Shown in pieces: positions 8,245 to 18,087 of a stretch of 64,000 nt of DNA (position 1 is the stretch's first letter; each line of letters opens with the position of its first letter). This DNA is from a virus, in IMG/VR virus record IMGVR_UViG_3300045049_000234, positions 1 through 64,000 of that record; one strand, 5' to 3'. The notes below the pieces were generated by a model. It had not been told where the DNA came from and searched no databases. It saw only the letters and a list, made by a program, of their open reading frames with translations. The position numbers and the translations under genes are program-made.

Positions 8245-9330
8245 TCACAGCAGTCCATTCCGATACAGCGTCTGCCACGCGGTTTCACGGATGACGGGGT
8301 CCGGGTCGCGCAGCCTACGGCGCAGGTCGTCGGCACCGGCGGCGGTGAGTCCGGACGGGGCGAGCCGTTCCCCCTCCGCTCGCGCCACCGCCTGCGCCGC
8401 TGCGCTGCGCCGCTCGCAGTGCGAGCACCCTGGCCTGTACGTGATGTACCCCGTGTGGTCGTGCCGCGCCGGACACTGCTTCGCGTGGTCGGCCAGCAAC
8501 GCCTCGGCATGCGAACGGCTGCTCGACTCGGCGTACGCGGGACACTTCTTGCACGACCACCGGTAGGGATTGCGCTGGCCCGGCACGTAGTAGACGCCGT
8601 CGGTGGATGCATGCGGCGCCTTGGTCGTCTTGCGAGCCTTCGACGGGATGGGCATCGCCGCGAGAATCCGATCGGTGAGGAACTGGGCCGGGTTCTCCAT
8701 CCACGCCGGTCCGGCGTCCTGTTGCGCGCACGTGATGCACGGGCACTTATCCGGCGGCGGGTACGGGTCCTTCTGTCCGCTGACTTTCTCGCGCAGGCAT
8801 GCCGCGCACTTGTCGGCGTACCCGGCGTGGTGATGGCCCCGGTGGTGCAGATCCTCAAGCGTGCCGCAATAGAAGCTGACGTACGGCATGACCTCGGCGC
8901 ACTCCTGGTGCGCGAACACCGGCCCGTACGCGGTCACACGCGCATGAGGCGTGTCGGTGAGCTGAAGGAATTTGTCCCGCTGCACCAGGTCAACCAGGTC
9001 GTGCATGCCGCACACGGGGCACTGACCGGCCACGGGATCGGGCGCGGACATCGTGTGGACCTGCTCCTGCCACCGGCGTTCCGCCTCGGCCTTCGCCTCG
9101 GCCGCCGCCTTGATCGCGGCGACTTCCGCGCGATCGAGTGCGCGGCGCCGTGAACGCATGACGGTTGCGCCGACCTGCGCACCGCTGATCGTGGCCACGA
9201 GGCCGAATTCGAGGGGCGCGGGCGGGTGGAGCACGCCGGTTCCGTCCAGGATGCCGTTCGTGATCGCCGTCAGGGATATTCCGCCCTGCACCCACAGCCA
9301 CGTCCGCGCGGGGACGTCGCGCAGGCTCAT
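8245..9330 (-). CDS. membrane-anchored multi-Zn-finger protein
   Basis: two N-terminal hydrophobic segments and several CxxC/H clusters. Confidence 0.65.
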   Translation of the reverse strand: MSLRDVPARTWLWVQGGISLTAITNGILDGTGVLHPPAPLEFGLVATISGAQVGATVMRSRRRALDRAEVAAIKAAAEAKAEAERRWQEQVHTMSAPDPVAGQCPVCGMHDLVDLVQRDKFLQLTDTPHARVTAYGPVFAHQECAEVMPYVSFYCGTLEDLHHRGHHHAGYADKCAACLREKVSGQKDPYPPPDKCPCITCAQQDAGPAWMENPAQFLTDRILAAMPIPSKARKTTKAPHASTDGVYYVPGQRNPYRWSCKKCPAYAESSSRSHAEALLADHAKQCPARHDHTGYITYRPGCSHCERRSAAAQAVARAEGERLAPSGLTAAGADDLRRRLRDPDPVIRETAWQTLYRNGLL

Positions 9331-9464
9331 CGGCGCCGTCCGCGCGCGGTGTTCTTTGCGTGCGAAGGATCAGCATGTACGCTGGTCGCGTCGGGGTCAG
9401 TCATCGTAGGGGTGGTCTGCATCCTCGGGGTTCCTCCATCGGCGGCGGGTGCGCCGTGGGCACT

Positions 9465-9493
9465 AGGTTACGCGTCCCGCATAGCGTAGTCAA
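9465..9493 (-). promoter_or_regulatory. sigma70-type promoter at the head of the left-arm operon
   Basis: TTGACT-acgcta...-17 nt-TAACCT at the strand switch point. Confidence 0.75.
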
Positions 9494-9518
9494 TGGGAAT
9501 GGATGGGTGGACACGGTC

Positions 9519-9725
9519 GTGGAAATCCCTCTGCGCCGCAAATACACCACGCGCAAGGTGGTCAAGCAGGTATCTGCGAAGAACGGCGGCAACACGGCGT
9601 CGCTCAACCGCCAGCGCGCCAAGCATCTGCCTTCCATGAAGCCCAAGACAGCGCCACCCCCGGTCGCGCCCCCCATGCTCGTCATGGACGGGGGCACCGG
9701 CAAGCACCGGTGGTCGCGTGGCTGA
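9519..9725 (+). CDS. small basic hypothetical protein
   Basis: Lys/Arg-rich ORF whose stop overlaps the next start; start uncertain. Confidence 0.45.
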   Translation: MEIPLRRKYTTRKVVKQVSAKNGGNTASLNRQRAKHLPSMKPKTAPPPVAPPMLVMDGGTGKHRWSRG

Positions 9726-10215
9726 CCTGAACGACCTGCGCCGGTGGGCGGTGGCCTCGTACCGGCTGCGCGCCATCGACGCCGCCGAACGCCGCCGCAT
9801 CAGGGACCTAGCGGGGGTCACCCGCGCCACACTGGCGGAACTGCTCGGCGTGTCGTGGGACCGCGTGCGCGCGTACGAGAGCGGGGATCGCACCAGCAAC
9901 CCCACCGGCGAGGACGCCGCGCGCTACCTGGACGCACTGGACGCGATGTCGGCCCCCTACGCCACGGCGATGGACCCGGAACAGCGCGCGGATATCCGGG
10001 CGCGGTTCGACCAGTACCAGAAGGACTATCCGGTGGAAGTGTGCGAGCACTGCCGGGGCATCCACCCCCGCGCGTGCCCGCGCGTCAAACGCGTCGTCTA
10101 CGACGACCACCGCCGGGTGACCGAGGTCGAATACTGGCCGGACGAGGCGTGGTCGAAAGACCACGTGATATTCCCGGACGGCCCCGAGATGATGGACGGC
10201 GATGGCGAGGATTAA
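9718..10215 (+). CDS. XRE-family HTH protein with C-terminal Cys/His motif
   Basis: RRIRDLAGVTRATLAELLGVSWDRVRAYESG HTH; CEHCRGIH..AC. Confidence 0.8.
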   Translation: MADLNDLRRWAVASYRLRAIDAAERRRIRDLAGVTRATLAELLGVSWDRVRAYESGDRTSNPTGEDAARYLDALDAMSAPYATAMDPEQRADIRARFDQYQKDYPVEVCEHCRGIHPRACPRVKRVVYDDHRRVTEVEYWPDEAWSKDHVIFPDGPEMMDGDGED

Positions 10216-10435
10216 CGGCCACGGCCCGCAGGCGTACGTGGAGTCGGACACACGGCCGCCGCGCCTGCCGTACGTACTGCTGTGCCACACGTCCGGCGCG
10301 CGGTGCGGCCGTGTGTGGACCGTCAACAAGCTCAGCGAGTGGCGCCCCGCCGTCGAATCGCGCATCGCGCACGAGAAGGTGTGCACCGTACATCCGTTGC
10401 CGATCCTCGCACTGCCGGGGGACATGATCACGTAG
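10202..10435 (+). CDS. hypothetical protein
   Basis: tiled ORF with Cys/His residues. Confidence 0.55.
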   Translation: MARINGHGPQAYVESDTRPPRLPYVLLCHTSGARCGRVWTVNKLSEWRPAVESRIAHEKVCTVHPLPILALPGDMIT

Positions 10436-10442
10436 GGGGTCT

Positions 10443-13400
10443 ATGCCGCTGCCTGGAGACCTCAACACGATCACGGTCACCGCGACCTATCCGGACGGCA
10501 GCGGCAACCCCCTGTTCGGGTACGTCACGTTCACCCCGTCCACCGACCTGACCGACTCCACGGGCCACGTGATCGTGCGCGCCGCGCCGGTCCAGGCGAC
10601 CCTCGTACGCGGTTCCATCAGCATCCTGCTCGCGTGCACCGACAACAGCACTCTGAGCCCGTCGGGCTGGTACTGGATCGTCACGGAAGTGGTCGGCAAC
10701 TCCACGGGCAACCTGGCCACCCGGACGTACAACGTCCTGCTGCCCCATTCGCTCGGCACCACGGTTGACCTCGCGTCCCTGGCGCCGGTGACTCCGGGGC
10801 CGCCGGTGTCCACGCTGTACGGCGTGCTGGCGTCCGGGAACACGAACAACTGGCTGTCCAGCCAGATCTTCAACGGCGCCATCCAGATCCCCACCGGCGC
10901 CGCCAGCGGCGACGTGCTGACATCCGACGCCAGCGGCAACGCCACGTGGCAGCCCGCCACCGGCGGCATCCAGCCGCCTGCGGGAGACATCGGCGGCACG
11001 CTGACGGCGCCCACCGTGCGGTCCACCCACCTGACATCCCCGCTGCCGATCGCACAGGGCGGCACGAGCGGCGGCACGCAGCAGGCCGCGATCACCGCGC
11101 TGACGGGCGCGCAGACCGCCGGGACGTATCTGCGCAGCGACGGCACGAACGCGGCGATGTCCGCCATCCAGGCGGGCGACGTGCCCACCTTGAACCAGTC
11201 CACCACGGGCACTGCCAGCAACGTCACGGGCACCGTGGCCATCAACCACGGCGGCACCGGGCAGACGACGCAGCAGGCGGCGATCACTGCACTTACCGGT
11301 ACTCAGACGTCCGGTCGCTACCTGCGCAGCGACGGGACCAACGCGTCGCTATCCGCCATCCAAGCCGCTGACGTTCCGACACTGAACCAGTCCACGACCG
11401 GGACCGCCGCAGGGCTGAGCGCCACGCTTGCCATCGGCTCCGGCGGCACCGGGCAGACCACGGCCGCAGCCGCGTACAACGCGCTGTCGCCGATGACCAC
11501 GACCGGGGACATCGAGTACGAGTCCGGCGCGAACACCGCTGCACGGCTGCCCGGCAACACCAGCGCGACCAAGAACTTCCTGACGCAGACCGGCACCGGC
11601 TCCGCATCGGCGGCGCCCGCGTGGGGCACGATCGCCGCAGGCGACCTGCCGACGGCCAGTACGAGCGCGTTCGGCGCGGTGGAGTTCGAAAGCGCAGTCG
11701 GGAACCTTCAGCCGCAGGGCACTGCCGCACTGGGCGCCAACAACCGCGTCCCGGACTCGGGGCACGTCCATCCGTACCCGGCGTGGGTGTTCAGCGTACT
11801 GGCGGCCGGTGCCAAGGGCGATGGGAAGATCAGTAACACCGGCGCCACCAACGGAACCGCGACGGTGACCATCGGCGAGTCGGTACTCACCCAGGCGGAT
11901 GTCGGCAAAGCCGTCATGGTGAAGAACGCCCTGAACAACAACAACACCACCGGGCAGACCACCAGCGTCGGCACCATCACGACGGTGAACAGCGCGACGA
12001 GCTTCACTGCTACGTGGAACACCACCCCCACGCAGACGGCGACCGGGTTGCAAGTGCTGTGGGCGACGGACGACACCAGCGCCATCCAGACGGCCATCAC
12101 CAATGCCAACACCTACGCGCAGAACCACGGTGGTTACGCAGAGGTCTACTTCCCGCCGGGCGCCGGGTTGTACTACGGCGTTGCGGGCACACTGAAGAAC
12201 ACCGACGGCACCAACGCCGTGTACAACTCGCAGTTGACCATCCCGGTCAACGCCGAGAGGAACAACGGCGTCACGCTGGTGTTCCGTGGCCCCGAAGACG
12301 CCGGGCAGACGCGGTATTGGAACAGCGACTACCCGATTTGGAACGGCGGCATCCAATCATTCGGATGCTTCACCACGTCCGGGAACCAAACGACGTCGAT
12401 CAACAACGGCGGCAATCCCTCGGTGATCGGCGGCCCCACGGGCAAGTTCAACTACGGCGTATTGCAAGGCGCTAACACCACGCCCACGTACAGCAACACC
12501 TGCGTGGTGTTCCAGGATTTCACGATCCTGACCACGCATGTAAACGCCGGGTGGACGTACAGCGCGGCGAACATGTTCGGTGTCGCGCGGTTCCACGCAA
12601 AGAACTTCACATACGGCACCAACGGTACTGTGCAGTTTTACCTGTACAGCCCGAACCTCGGCGACTTCACCAACGTCCCGCTACTGGCCGGTGGCCTGTC
12701 CATCGGCATCCTGATGCCGTCCAACGGCAACAACGCGTCCAACTACTTGCAGAACGTGGTGTGCAACGGCGGGTACACGTTTGCTTTGTTCGCCACCGAG
12801 CACACCGTGGGCAACGGGTGCACGTTGCTGTACTGCTGGTCGGGCTTTTGTCCGGTGGGCAGCTACGGCGACTCGGCCGGTTCCGGTACCGTGTCCGCGC
12901 TGCACGCGATGTACTTTGATCAGCTCTGCGTCGAATCGTGCACATATCACGTGAACATCATCGGCGCGGGGGCGAGCGCGGTAGGTCCCATCGTTCACGC
13001 GGTGCTGGATACGGAGGGTACCGTCCAATTCCGCGACGCGGTGGGCGGCACGCTGGCGAACACGGGTGCCGGTCTGGCCGCCGCACTGGGCACCATCCGG
13101 TTGGCCGGATCGTCCACGTCGATCACCATCCAGACCGGTACCGGCGCGGGCGGCCTGGGTACCGGCCTGGTGATCATCAAGGAACAAGTGTTGCCAGGCG
13201 TGCCGAGTTCCGGCATCCCGACGCTGGTGGACGGAACGGCCGTATCCAACACGCTGTGGCGCCCGGCGACGGTGTACCTGTCAGGGGGCACGAACGTCAC
13301 GAACGTCGCCGTATCCCGGCTCGCTGGCGGCGTGAATACGGTAGCAACGACGAACGTCATTACTCAGACCGCTGCGCCGATCCCGGCTAATACGCCGATC

Positions 13401-13478
13401 CGCCTTGGTCCGGGCCAGTGGATCAAGGTGACGACGAGCGCCGGGACACTGCCCACCGCCGTGTGGGTACTCGACTAG
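10443..13478 (+). CDS. tailspike/fibre-like virion protein with internal repeats and a probable beta-helix domain
   Basis: T/G/N/S-rich; repeated GGTGQTT..AAITALTG..YLRSDGTNA..LNQSTTGTA; GAKGDG...DDTSAIQTAI..A...VYFPPG pectate-lyase-3-like start. Confidence 0.8.
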   Translation: MPLPGDLNTITVTATYPDGSGNPLFGYVTFTPSTDLTDSTGHVIVRAAPVQATLVRGSISILLACTDNSTLSPSGWYWIVTEVVGNSTGNLATRTYNVLLPHSLGTTVDLASLAPVTPGPPVSTLYGVLASGNTNNWLSSQIFNGAIQIPTGAASGDVLTSDASGNATWQPATGGIQPPAGDIGGTLTAPTVRSTHLTSPLPIAQGGTSGGTQQAAITALTGAQTAGTYLRSDGTNAAMSAIQAGDVPTLNQSTTGTASNVTGTVAINHGGTGQTTQQAAITALTGTQTSGRYLRSDGTNASLSAIQAADVPTLNQSTTGTAAGLSATLAIGSGGTGQTTAAAAYNALSPMTTTGDIEYESGANTAARLPGNTSATKNFLTQTGTGSASAAPAWGTIAAGDLPTASTSAFGAVEFESAVGNLQPQGTAALGANNRVPDSGHVHPYPAWVFSVLAAGAKGDGKISNTGATNGTATVTIGESVLTQADVGKAVMVKNALNNNNTTGQTTSVGTITTVNSATSFTATWNTTPTQTATGLQVLWATDDTSAIQTAITNANTYAQNHGGYAEVYFPPGAGLYYGVAGTLKNTDGTNAVYNSQLTIPVNAERNNGVTLVFRGPEDAGQTRYWNSDYPIWNGGIQSFGCFTTSGNQTTSINNGGNPSVIGGPTGKFNYGVLQGANTTPTYSNTCVVFQDFTILTTHVNAGWTYSAANMFGVARFHAKNFTYGTNGTVQFYLYSPNLGDFTNVPLLAGGLSIGILMPSNGNNASNYLQNVVCNGGYTFALFATEHTVGNGCTLLYCWSGFCPVGSYGDSAGSGTVSALHAMYFDQLCVESCTYHVNIIGAGASAVGPIVHAVLDTEGTVQFRDAVGGTLANTGAGLAAALGTIRLAGSSTSITIQTGTGAGGLGTGLVIIKEQVLPGVPSSGIPTLVDGTAVSNTLWRPATVYLSGGTNVTNVAVSRLAGGVNTVATTNVITQTAAPIPANTPIRLGPGQWIKVTTSAGTLPTAVWVLD

Positions 13479-13492
13479 AACAAGGGGGTGTC

Positions 13493-16400
13493 GTGGTCGC
13501 CAACGCCCGCAATGTCGCACGCGCACTACGACCCGTCACCAAGGCTGGTCCGGGCGGCGCGCGCCAGGGCGCCGTGCCGCAGATGGGCCAGCCGTATGTC
13601 GGCAGTGTTTCACCGTTCGCGATGGAATCGCAGCCGGGTGGTTCGTGGGCGAACGCATACGGCGGTTTCCTGCCCCGTCCGCCGGATGCGTTCACACAGG
13701 GCGCGTTCGGCCCGTTCCAGCCTATTTACCCGGTCCCGGTGGACGCGCCGCCGTCGGAGGACGCGCAGCGCGCCGAGCCGCGCCGGTGGCAGTACGAGGT
13801 CGGATATAACCTGCCTGTCGGCCAGCCCGGCAGCGAGGGGCTCAAGCTGGCCGACTTCGGCACGCTCAAAACGCTGGCCGACTTGTACTCGGTGGCGCGT
13901 GCGTGCATCCAACTGCGCAAGGCGGAGGTGCGCGGCCTGGAGTGGGACATCACGCCCACCAAGGAAGCGTCCAAGGCAATGCGCGGCGACAAGGCCGCCA
14001 TGAAGGACTTCGGTTCCCGTCGCGGCGAGGCCGTCAAGTTCTTCAACAAGCCGGACCCGGACTACTTCACCTGGAATACGTGGCTTGACGCGCTGCTGGA
14101 ACAGATCTTCGTGTTCGACGCGCTCGCGCTGCTCATTCAGCCCAAGTGGTCGCGCGGCACCGGCAAGGGACTGCTGGGCAGCGACCTGGATTCGCTCCAG
14201 CTCATCAGCGGCCCGACCATCCGCCCGCTGCTGGACATGCGCGGCGGCAAGCCGCGTCCCCCGGCCCCCGCCTATCAGCAGTACCTGTACGGCGTGCCGC
14301 GCAGCGACCTGATGACGGTGGTCACGGGACGCGACCTGGAGGAGTCCGGGCTCACCGGTTCACAGTGGACACAGTTCCGTGGCGACCAGCTCCTGTACAT
14401 CCCGATGGAACCGCGCCGCGAAACGCCGTACGGGTTCCCGCCCATCGAGCGCGCCTTGATCCCGGTCATGGCGGGGTTGCAGAAGCAGGCTTATCAACTC
14501 GACTTCTTCCGCGAGGGCACCGTCCCGGCGGTGTACATCAGCCCCGGCGGCGCGAACAGCAACCTGACGCCGAACCAGATCCGCGAACTCCAGGACGCAC
14601 TGAACGCCATCGCGGGCGACCCGGCGTACAAGCACAAGATCCTGGTCCTCCCGGCTGACAGCAAGGTGATGCCGCAGAAGCCGATCGAGATCGCCGACCA
14701 GTTCGACGAGATCGTGATGAACCAGGTGTGCATGGCGTTTGATATTCAGCCGATGGAGCTGGGCATCATGCCGAAGGTGTCCACCACCGCGTCCACCGGC
14801 GCGGCGAATCAAATGGCCAAGGCCACCGCCAACATGCACGAGCGCAAGGCCACCAAGCCGCTGTTGAAGTTCCTGGCGGACATCTTCGACTACATCCTTC
14901 AGGACGTGTGCGGGCAGGAGGACATGCAGTTCACGTTCGAGGGATTGGAAGAGGACGAGGACGAGGAGACGCTGACCACGCTGCTCGCCTCGCAGATCAA
15001 CGTCGGCCTGCGGTCGGTGGACGAGGGCCGCGAGGCGCTGGGCCTCCAGCCGTGGAGCCTGCCGGAGACGTCCGATCCGCTATGGGGCACCCCGACGGGC
15101 GCCGTCCCGCTCGGTCAGATCGGCCAGCAGGGCGAACCCGCGCCGGGTCAGCAGCCGAACGCGAACAACCCGGCGACCAACGCCCCCGGTGCGCAGCAGG
15201 GGCAGGCCAAGCCGGGCAACGCCGGGCAGAGTCCCGGCCACGACGCGGCGGAGGCGTCCACGCAGTCCAAACCGTCCGCCCCGGCGGGATCGGGTGCGGC
15301 CAGCTCATCCAAGCCCGCGTCCGGCGGATCGTCGTCGCAACCCGCGAAGAAAGGGACCGCCGCGCAGATCGCCAAGGCGGCGTCCCATCAGTCGCGGCGT
15401 GACGAGCACGTGGCGGCGGCGACGGGCGCGCTGGCGGATCGGCTGCGCGAGGTCGCGACCTCGTTCGAGCGCGGCGAGGTGACGGCGCCCCACGCGCTAG
15501 ACACGGCCGTGGCGGCGCTGGCCGCCGGGTATCGCCGGGTGATGACGGACGCGGCGCGCCACGCCCGCAGCGACCACCCGGTGACCGCCGTCAAGGACGA
15601 GGGCGACGACGCGTACGAGTATGTGGACCCGTCGGTGGAATCCGCCGCGACACAGCGCGCGGAAGGACAGCGGACCTACCTCATGGGTTTGCTGATGACG
15701 CTCGCGTCCGGCAAGTCGGTGGACGATCTCTCGTCGCGGCTCGACCTGTACACCCGCAGCCTGAACACGGCGTACAACGTCGCGTACGGGCAGACGGTGC
15801 AGGCGGACCACCCGCACTACGAAGTCATCTGGCATCTGGGCGTCGCGGAACACTGCAAGCTGTGCATCGACCGCGACGGCAAGGTGTTCACGTTCGACTC
15901 GTTGCCGGGATGGCCCGGCGACGGCGGGTTCGGCGGCATGGGCGCGGTGTGCCTGGGCGGCCCCAACTGCCACTGTTCGTTGGAGTACCGGCAGCCGGGG
16001 GCCGAATCGCTGTACGGGCACAACACGCAGCGCCCGGACTCGGTGGGCTACTACCGACAGCAGCTCGACGACATCACGGCGGCGCGCGAACAGGCGGCGG
16101 CGGCGCGTGAGGACTTCCTGGGTTCGATCCCGGCGGCCCCCGCGATGCGCGCGTCCACCCGCGACCAGATCCGCCGCGAGCTGGCGGACCTCCAGAACCG
16201 GCAGATCCGCCAGTCCGGAGGTTATCCGGGCGTGTCGGTGGAACCGTTGGACATCGCCGCCGCTGACGTGGCCGCGCTGGTGCCGGACTGGGCCAAGTCG
16301 CGGTCCGCACAGGCGGAACTGGAAGCGCTCGGTCGGCACCTGCGTAAGGGCCGGTTGATCTCGACGTGGGAGCCGCGCAACATCCCGAACGTGGTGTTGG

Positions 16401-17836
16401 CCCGGATCGCCGAGCACATGGCGCGGGGCCTGGACCCGGATACGGCCATCCGCGTGGTGAAGGCCACGCGGCGGGTGAACGCCAACGGCGAGGAATACTG
16501 GGAGTCCGACGAACCGCCGGAGCCGAACCCCGCCGGGGGCGGCGCGCCGTCGTCGCCGGGCGGCGTCGCCGGTGGATTCGACGGCTCATCGCCGGGGGGT
16601 GAACCCCCGCGATGGGACGCCAGCAGCGTCGCGCCGTACATGGACTCATGGCCGCAGGGCGGTCACGGCACGGCGCAGGCGCCGGTGACCGGGATCGGCG
16701 GCGGCACCCGTGGGCGTTCGCCGAACGGCGTGGGGAAGGGTGCTGCCGATCTCGCGGACCCTAACCCGGTCGAAGCCGAGCACGTGATGAACCAAATGCG
16801 CCGCAACTACCCGGAGAAGTCAATTGGGTGGATGAAGGACGCACGATGGATCGGACCCGTGGCGATCCCGCTGGACCGCATCGACTTCGACGACCAGGAC
16901 AAGTGGGCCGCGAACCACGAGAAGGCGCGCGTCAAGCACTTCGCGAAGCAGATCAAGAAGGGCGACGCGCACCTGCATCCGGCGGTGGCGGTGCAGGAGC
17001 CGGGCGACGACAAGATCAAGATCATCGACGGGCATCACCGCACGCTGGCATACAAGAAGCTGGGCATGCCGGTGAAAGCGTACGTCGGGTTCGTGGACAG
17101 CGACGGCGGTCCGTGGGACAAGACGCACGTGTTCCAGTTCCACCAGGGCCAGGACCCGCAGAACAAGGCCGCGACATTGTCCAAGGAGTCGGTCAACTAT
17201 CGGCAGGGGACTGACGCGGTGCACCGGTGCCGCAATTGCTCCATGTTCGTCGTGTCCGGTGACGATGACAGCGGGGAATGCACGCTGGTCAAGGGTGTCA
17301 TCGCGTCCGACGCGGTGTGCGATCGATGGGACGCGAAGGTGGACAAGGCAGCACGCGGATACGACATCAACCCCCGGTCCGGGATGATCTCGCTGGACAT
17401 CGAACCGGGCATCGTTCCGCAGCATCCCGGCGGCGTCACCGATCACCACATCACGGTGGTGTACCTCGGTCGCGACCTGACCGACGAGCAGTGGAACACG
17501 GCGTTGGAACGGGCGATGGACGCGGCGGCGAAGGTCGCCGGGCCGATCGTCGGCATGGTCGCCGGTGTGGATTCGTTCACCCCGTCGTCCGGCAGCGACT
17601 GGAAGATCCCCGTGTTCGCCCCGGTCACCATCCCCGCCGCGCACGCCCTGCGTGACGCACTGGCGGACCTGTCGGCCAGCGAACACAAGGACTGGCATCC
17701 GCATGTCACCCTCGCCTACCTGGACGAGGGCGATCCGATGCCGGATGCGGTGCCCGCCACGCCGGTGACGTTTACCCACCTGTCGGTGCACCTGGGCGAC
17801 CACGTGGAGCGCATCCCGTTCGGGACGCGCACGTGA
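13493..17836 (+). CDS. portal protein fused to MuF-like, ParB-like, 4-Cys and 2H-phosphoesterase domains
   Basis: portal motifs (YGFPPIE, FFREGTVP, IVMNQVCMAFDIQP, SVDEGREALGL); HCKLC...GGPNCHCSLEY (MuF); IIDGHHR (ParB); C-terminal HITV...HVTL (2H); position before protease and capsid. Confidence 0.85.
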   Translation: MVANARNVARALRPVTKAGPGGARQGAVPQMGQPYVGSVSPFAMESQPGGSWANAYGGFLPRPPDAFTQGAFGPFQPIYPVPVDAPPSEDAQRAEPRRWQYEVGYNLPVGQPGSEGLKLADFGTLKTLADLYSVARACIQLRKAEVRGLEWDITPTKEASKAMRGDKAAMKDFGSRRGEAVKFFNKPDPDYFTWNTWLDALLEQIFVFDALALLIQPKWSRGTGKGLLGSDLDSLQLISGPTIRPLLDMRGGKPRPPAPAYQQYLYGVPRSDLMTVVTGRDLEESGLTGSQWTQFRGDQLLYIPMEPRRETPYGFPPIERALIPVMAGLQKQAYQLDFFREGTVPAVYISPGGANSNLTPNQIRELQDALNAIAGDPAYKHKILVLPADSKVMPQKPIEIADQFDEIVMNQVCMAFDIQPMELGIMPKVSTTASTGAANQMAKATANMHERKATKPLLKFLADIFDYILQDVCGQEDMQFTFEGLEEDEDEETLTTLLASQINVGLRSVDEGREALGLQPWSLPETSDPLWGTPTGAVPLGQIGQQGEPAPGQQPNANNPATNAPGAQQGQAKPGNAGQSPGHDAAEASTQSKPSAPAGSGAASSSKPASGGSSSQPAKKGTAAQIAKAASHQSRRDEHVAAATGALADRLREVATSFERGEVTAPHALDTAVAALAAGYRRVMTDAARHARSDHPVTAVKDEGDDAYEYVDPSVESAATQRAEGQRTYLMGLLMTLASGKSVDDLSSRLDLYTRSLNTAYNVAYGQTVQADHPHYEVIWHLGVAEHCKLCIDRDGKVFTFDSLPGWPGDGGFGGMGAVCLGGPNCHCSLEYRQPGAESLYGHNTQRPDSVGYYRQQLDDITAAREQAAAAREDFLGSIPAAPAMRASTRDQIRRELADLQNRQIRQSGGYPGVSVEPLDIAAADVAALVPDWAKSRSAQAELEALGRHLRKGRLISTWEPRNIPNVVLARIAEHMARGLDPDTAIRVVKATRRVNANGEEYWESDEPPEPNPAGGGAPSSPGGVAGGFDGSSPGGEPPRWDASSVAPYMDSWPQGGHGTAQAPVTGIGGGTRGRSPNGVGKGAADLADPNPVEAEHVMNQMRRNYPEKSIGWMKDARWIGPVAIPLDRIDFDDQDKWAANHEKARVKHFAKQIKKGDAHLHPAVAVQEPGDDKIKIIDGHHRTLAYKKLGMPVKAYVGFVDSDGGPWDKTHVFQFHQGQDPQNKAATLSKESVNYRQGTDAVHRCRNCSMFVVSGDDDSGECTLVKGVIASDAVCDRWDAKVDKAARGYDINPRSGMISLDIEPGIVPQHPGGVTDHHITVVYLGRDLTDEQWNTALERAMDAAAKVAGPIVGMVAGVDSFTPSSGSDWKIPVFAPVTIPAAHALRDALADLSASEHKDWHPHVTLAYLDEGDPMPDAVPATPVTFTHLSVHLGDHVERIPFGTRT

Positions 17837-18066
17837 GCGCCGCCGATGTCGGCCAGATGCGATCCGCACTCGCGCACCCGCACCTCGCCCAGATCGCGCG
17901 GACATTGAACAGCCTGCGCGATCTGGGCGTCCCGGTGACGTTGCGCCACGGGGTGCTGATGACCGACTGCGGATACGTCATCCCGGACGATGACGGCCAC
18001 TGGTCCACGCGGATGAAGATCTACGACCCGCACATGCAACCCGTCGGCGATCCCGACGACGACTGA
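17833..18066 (+). CDS. hypothetical protein
   Basis: GTGA overlap with the portal stop. Confidence 0.6.
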   Translation: MSAADVGQMRSALAHPHLAQIARTLNSLRDLGVPVTLRHGVLMTDCGYVIPDDDGHWSTRMKIYDPHMQPVGDPDDD

Positions 18067-18087
18067 TACGGATACCGATGGGGCTAT

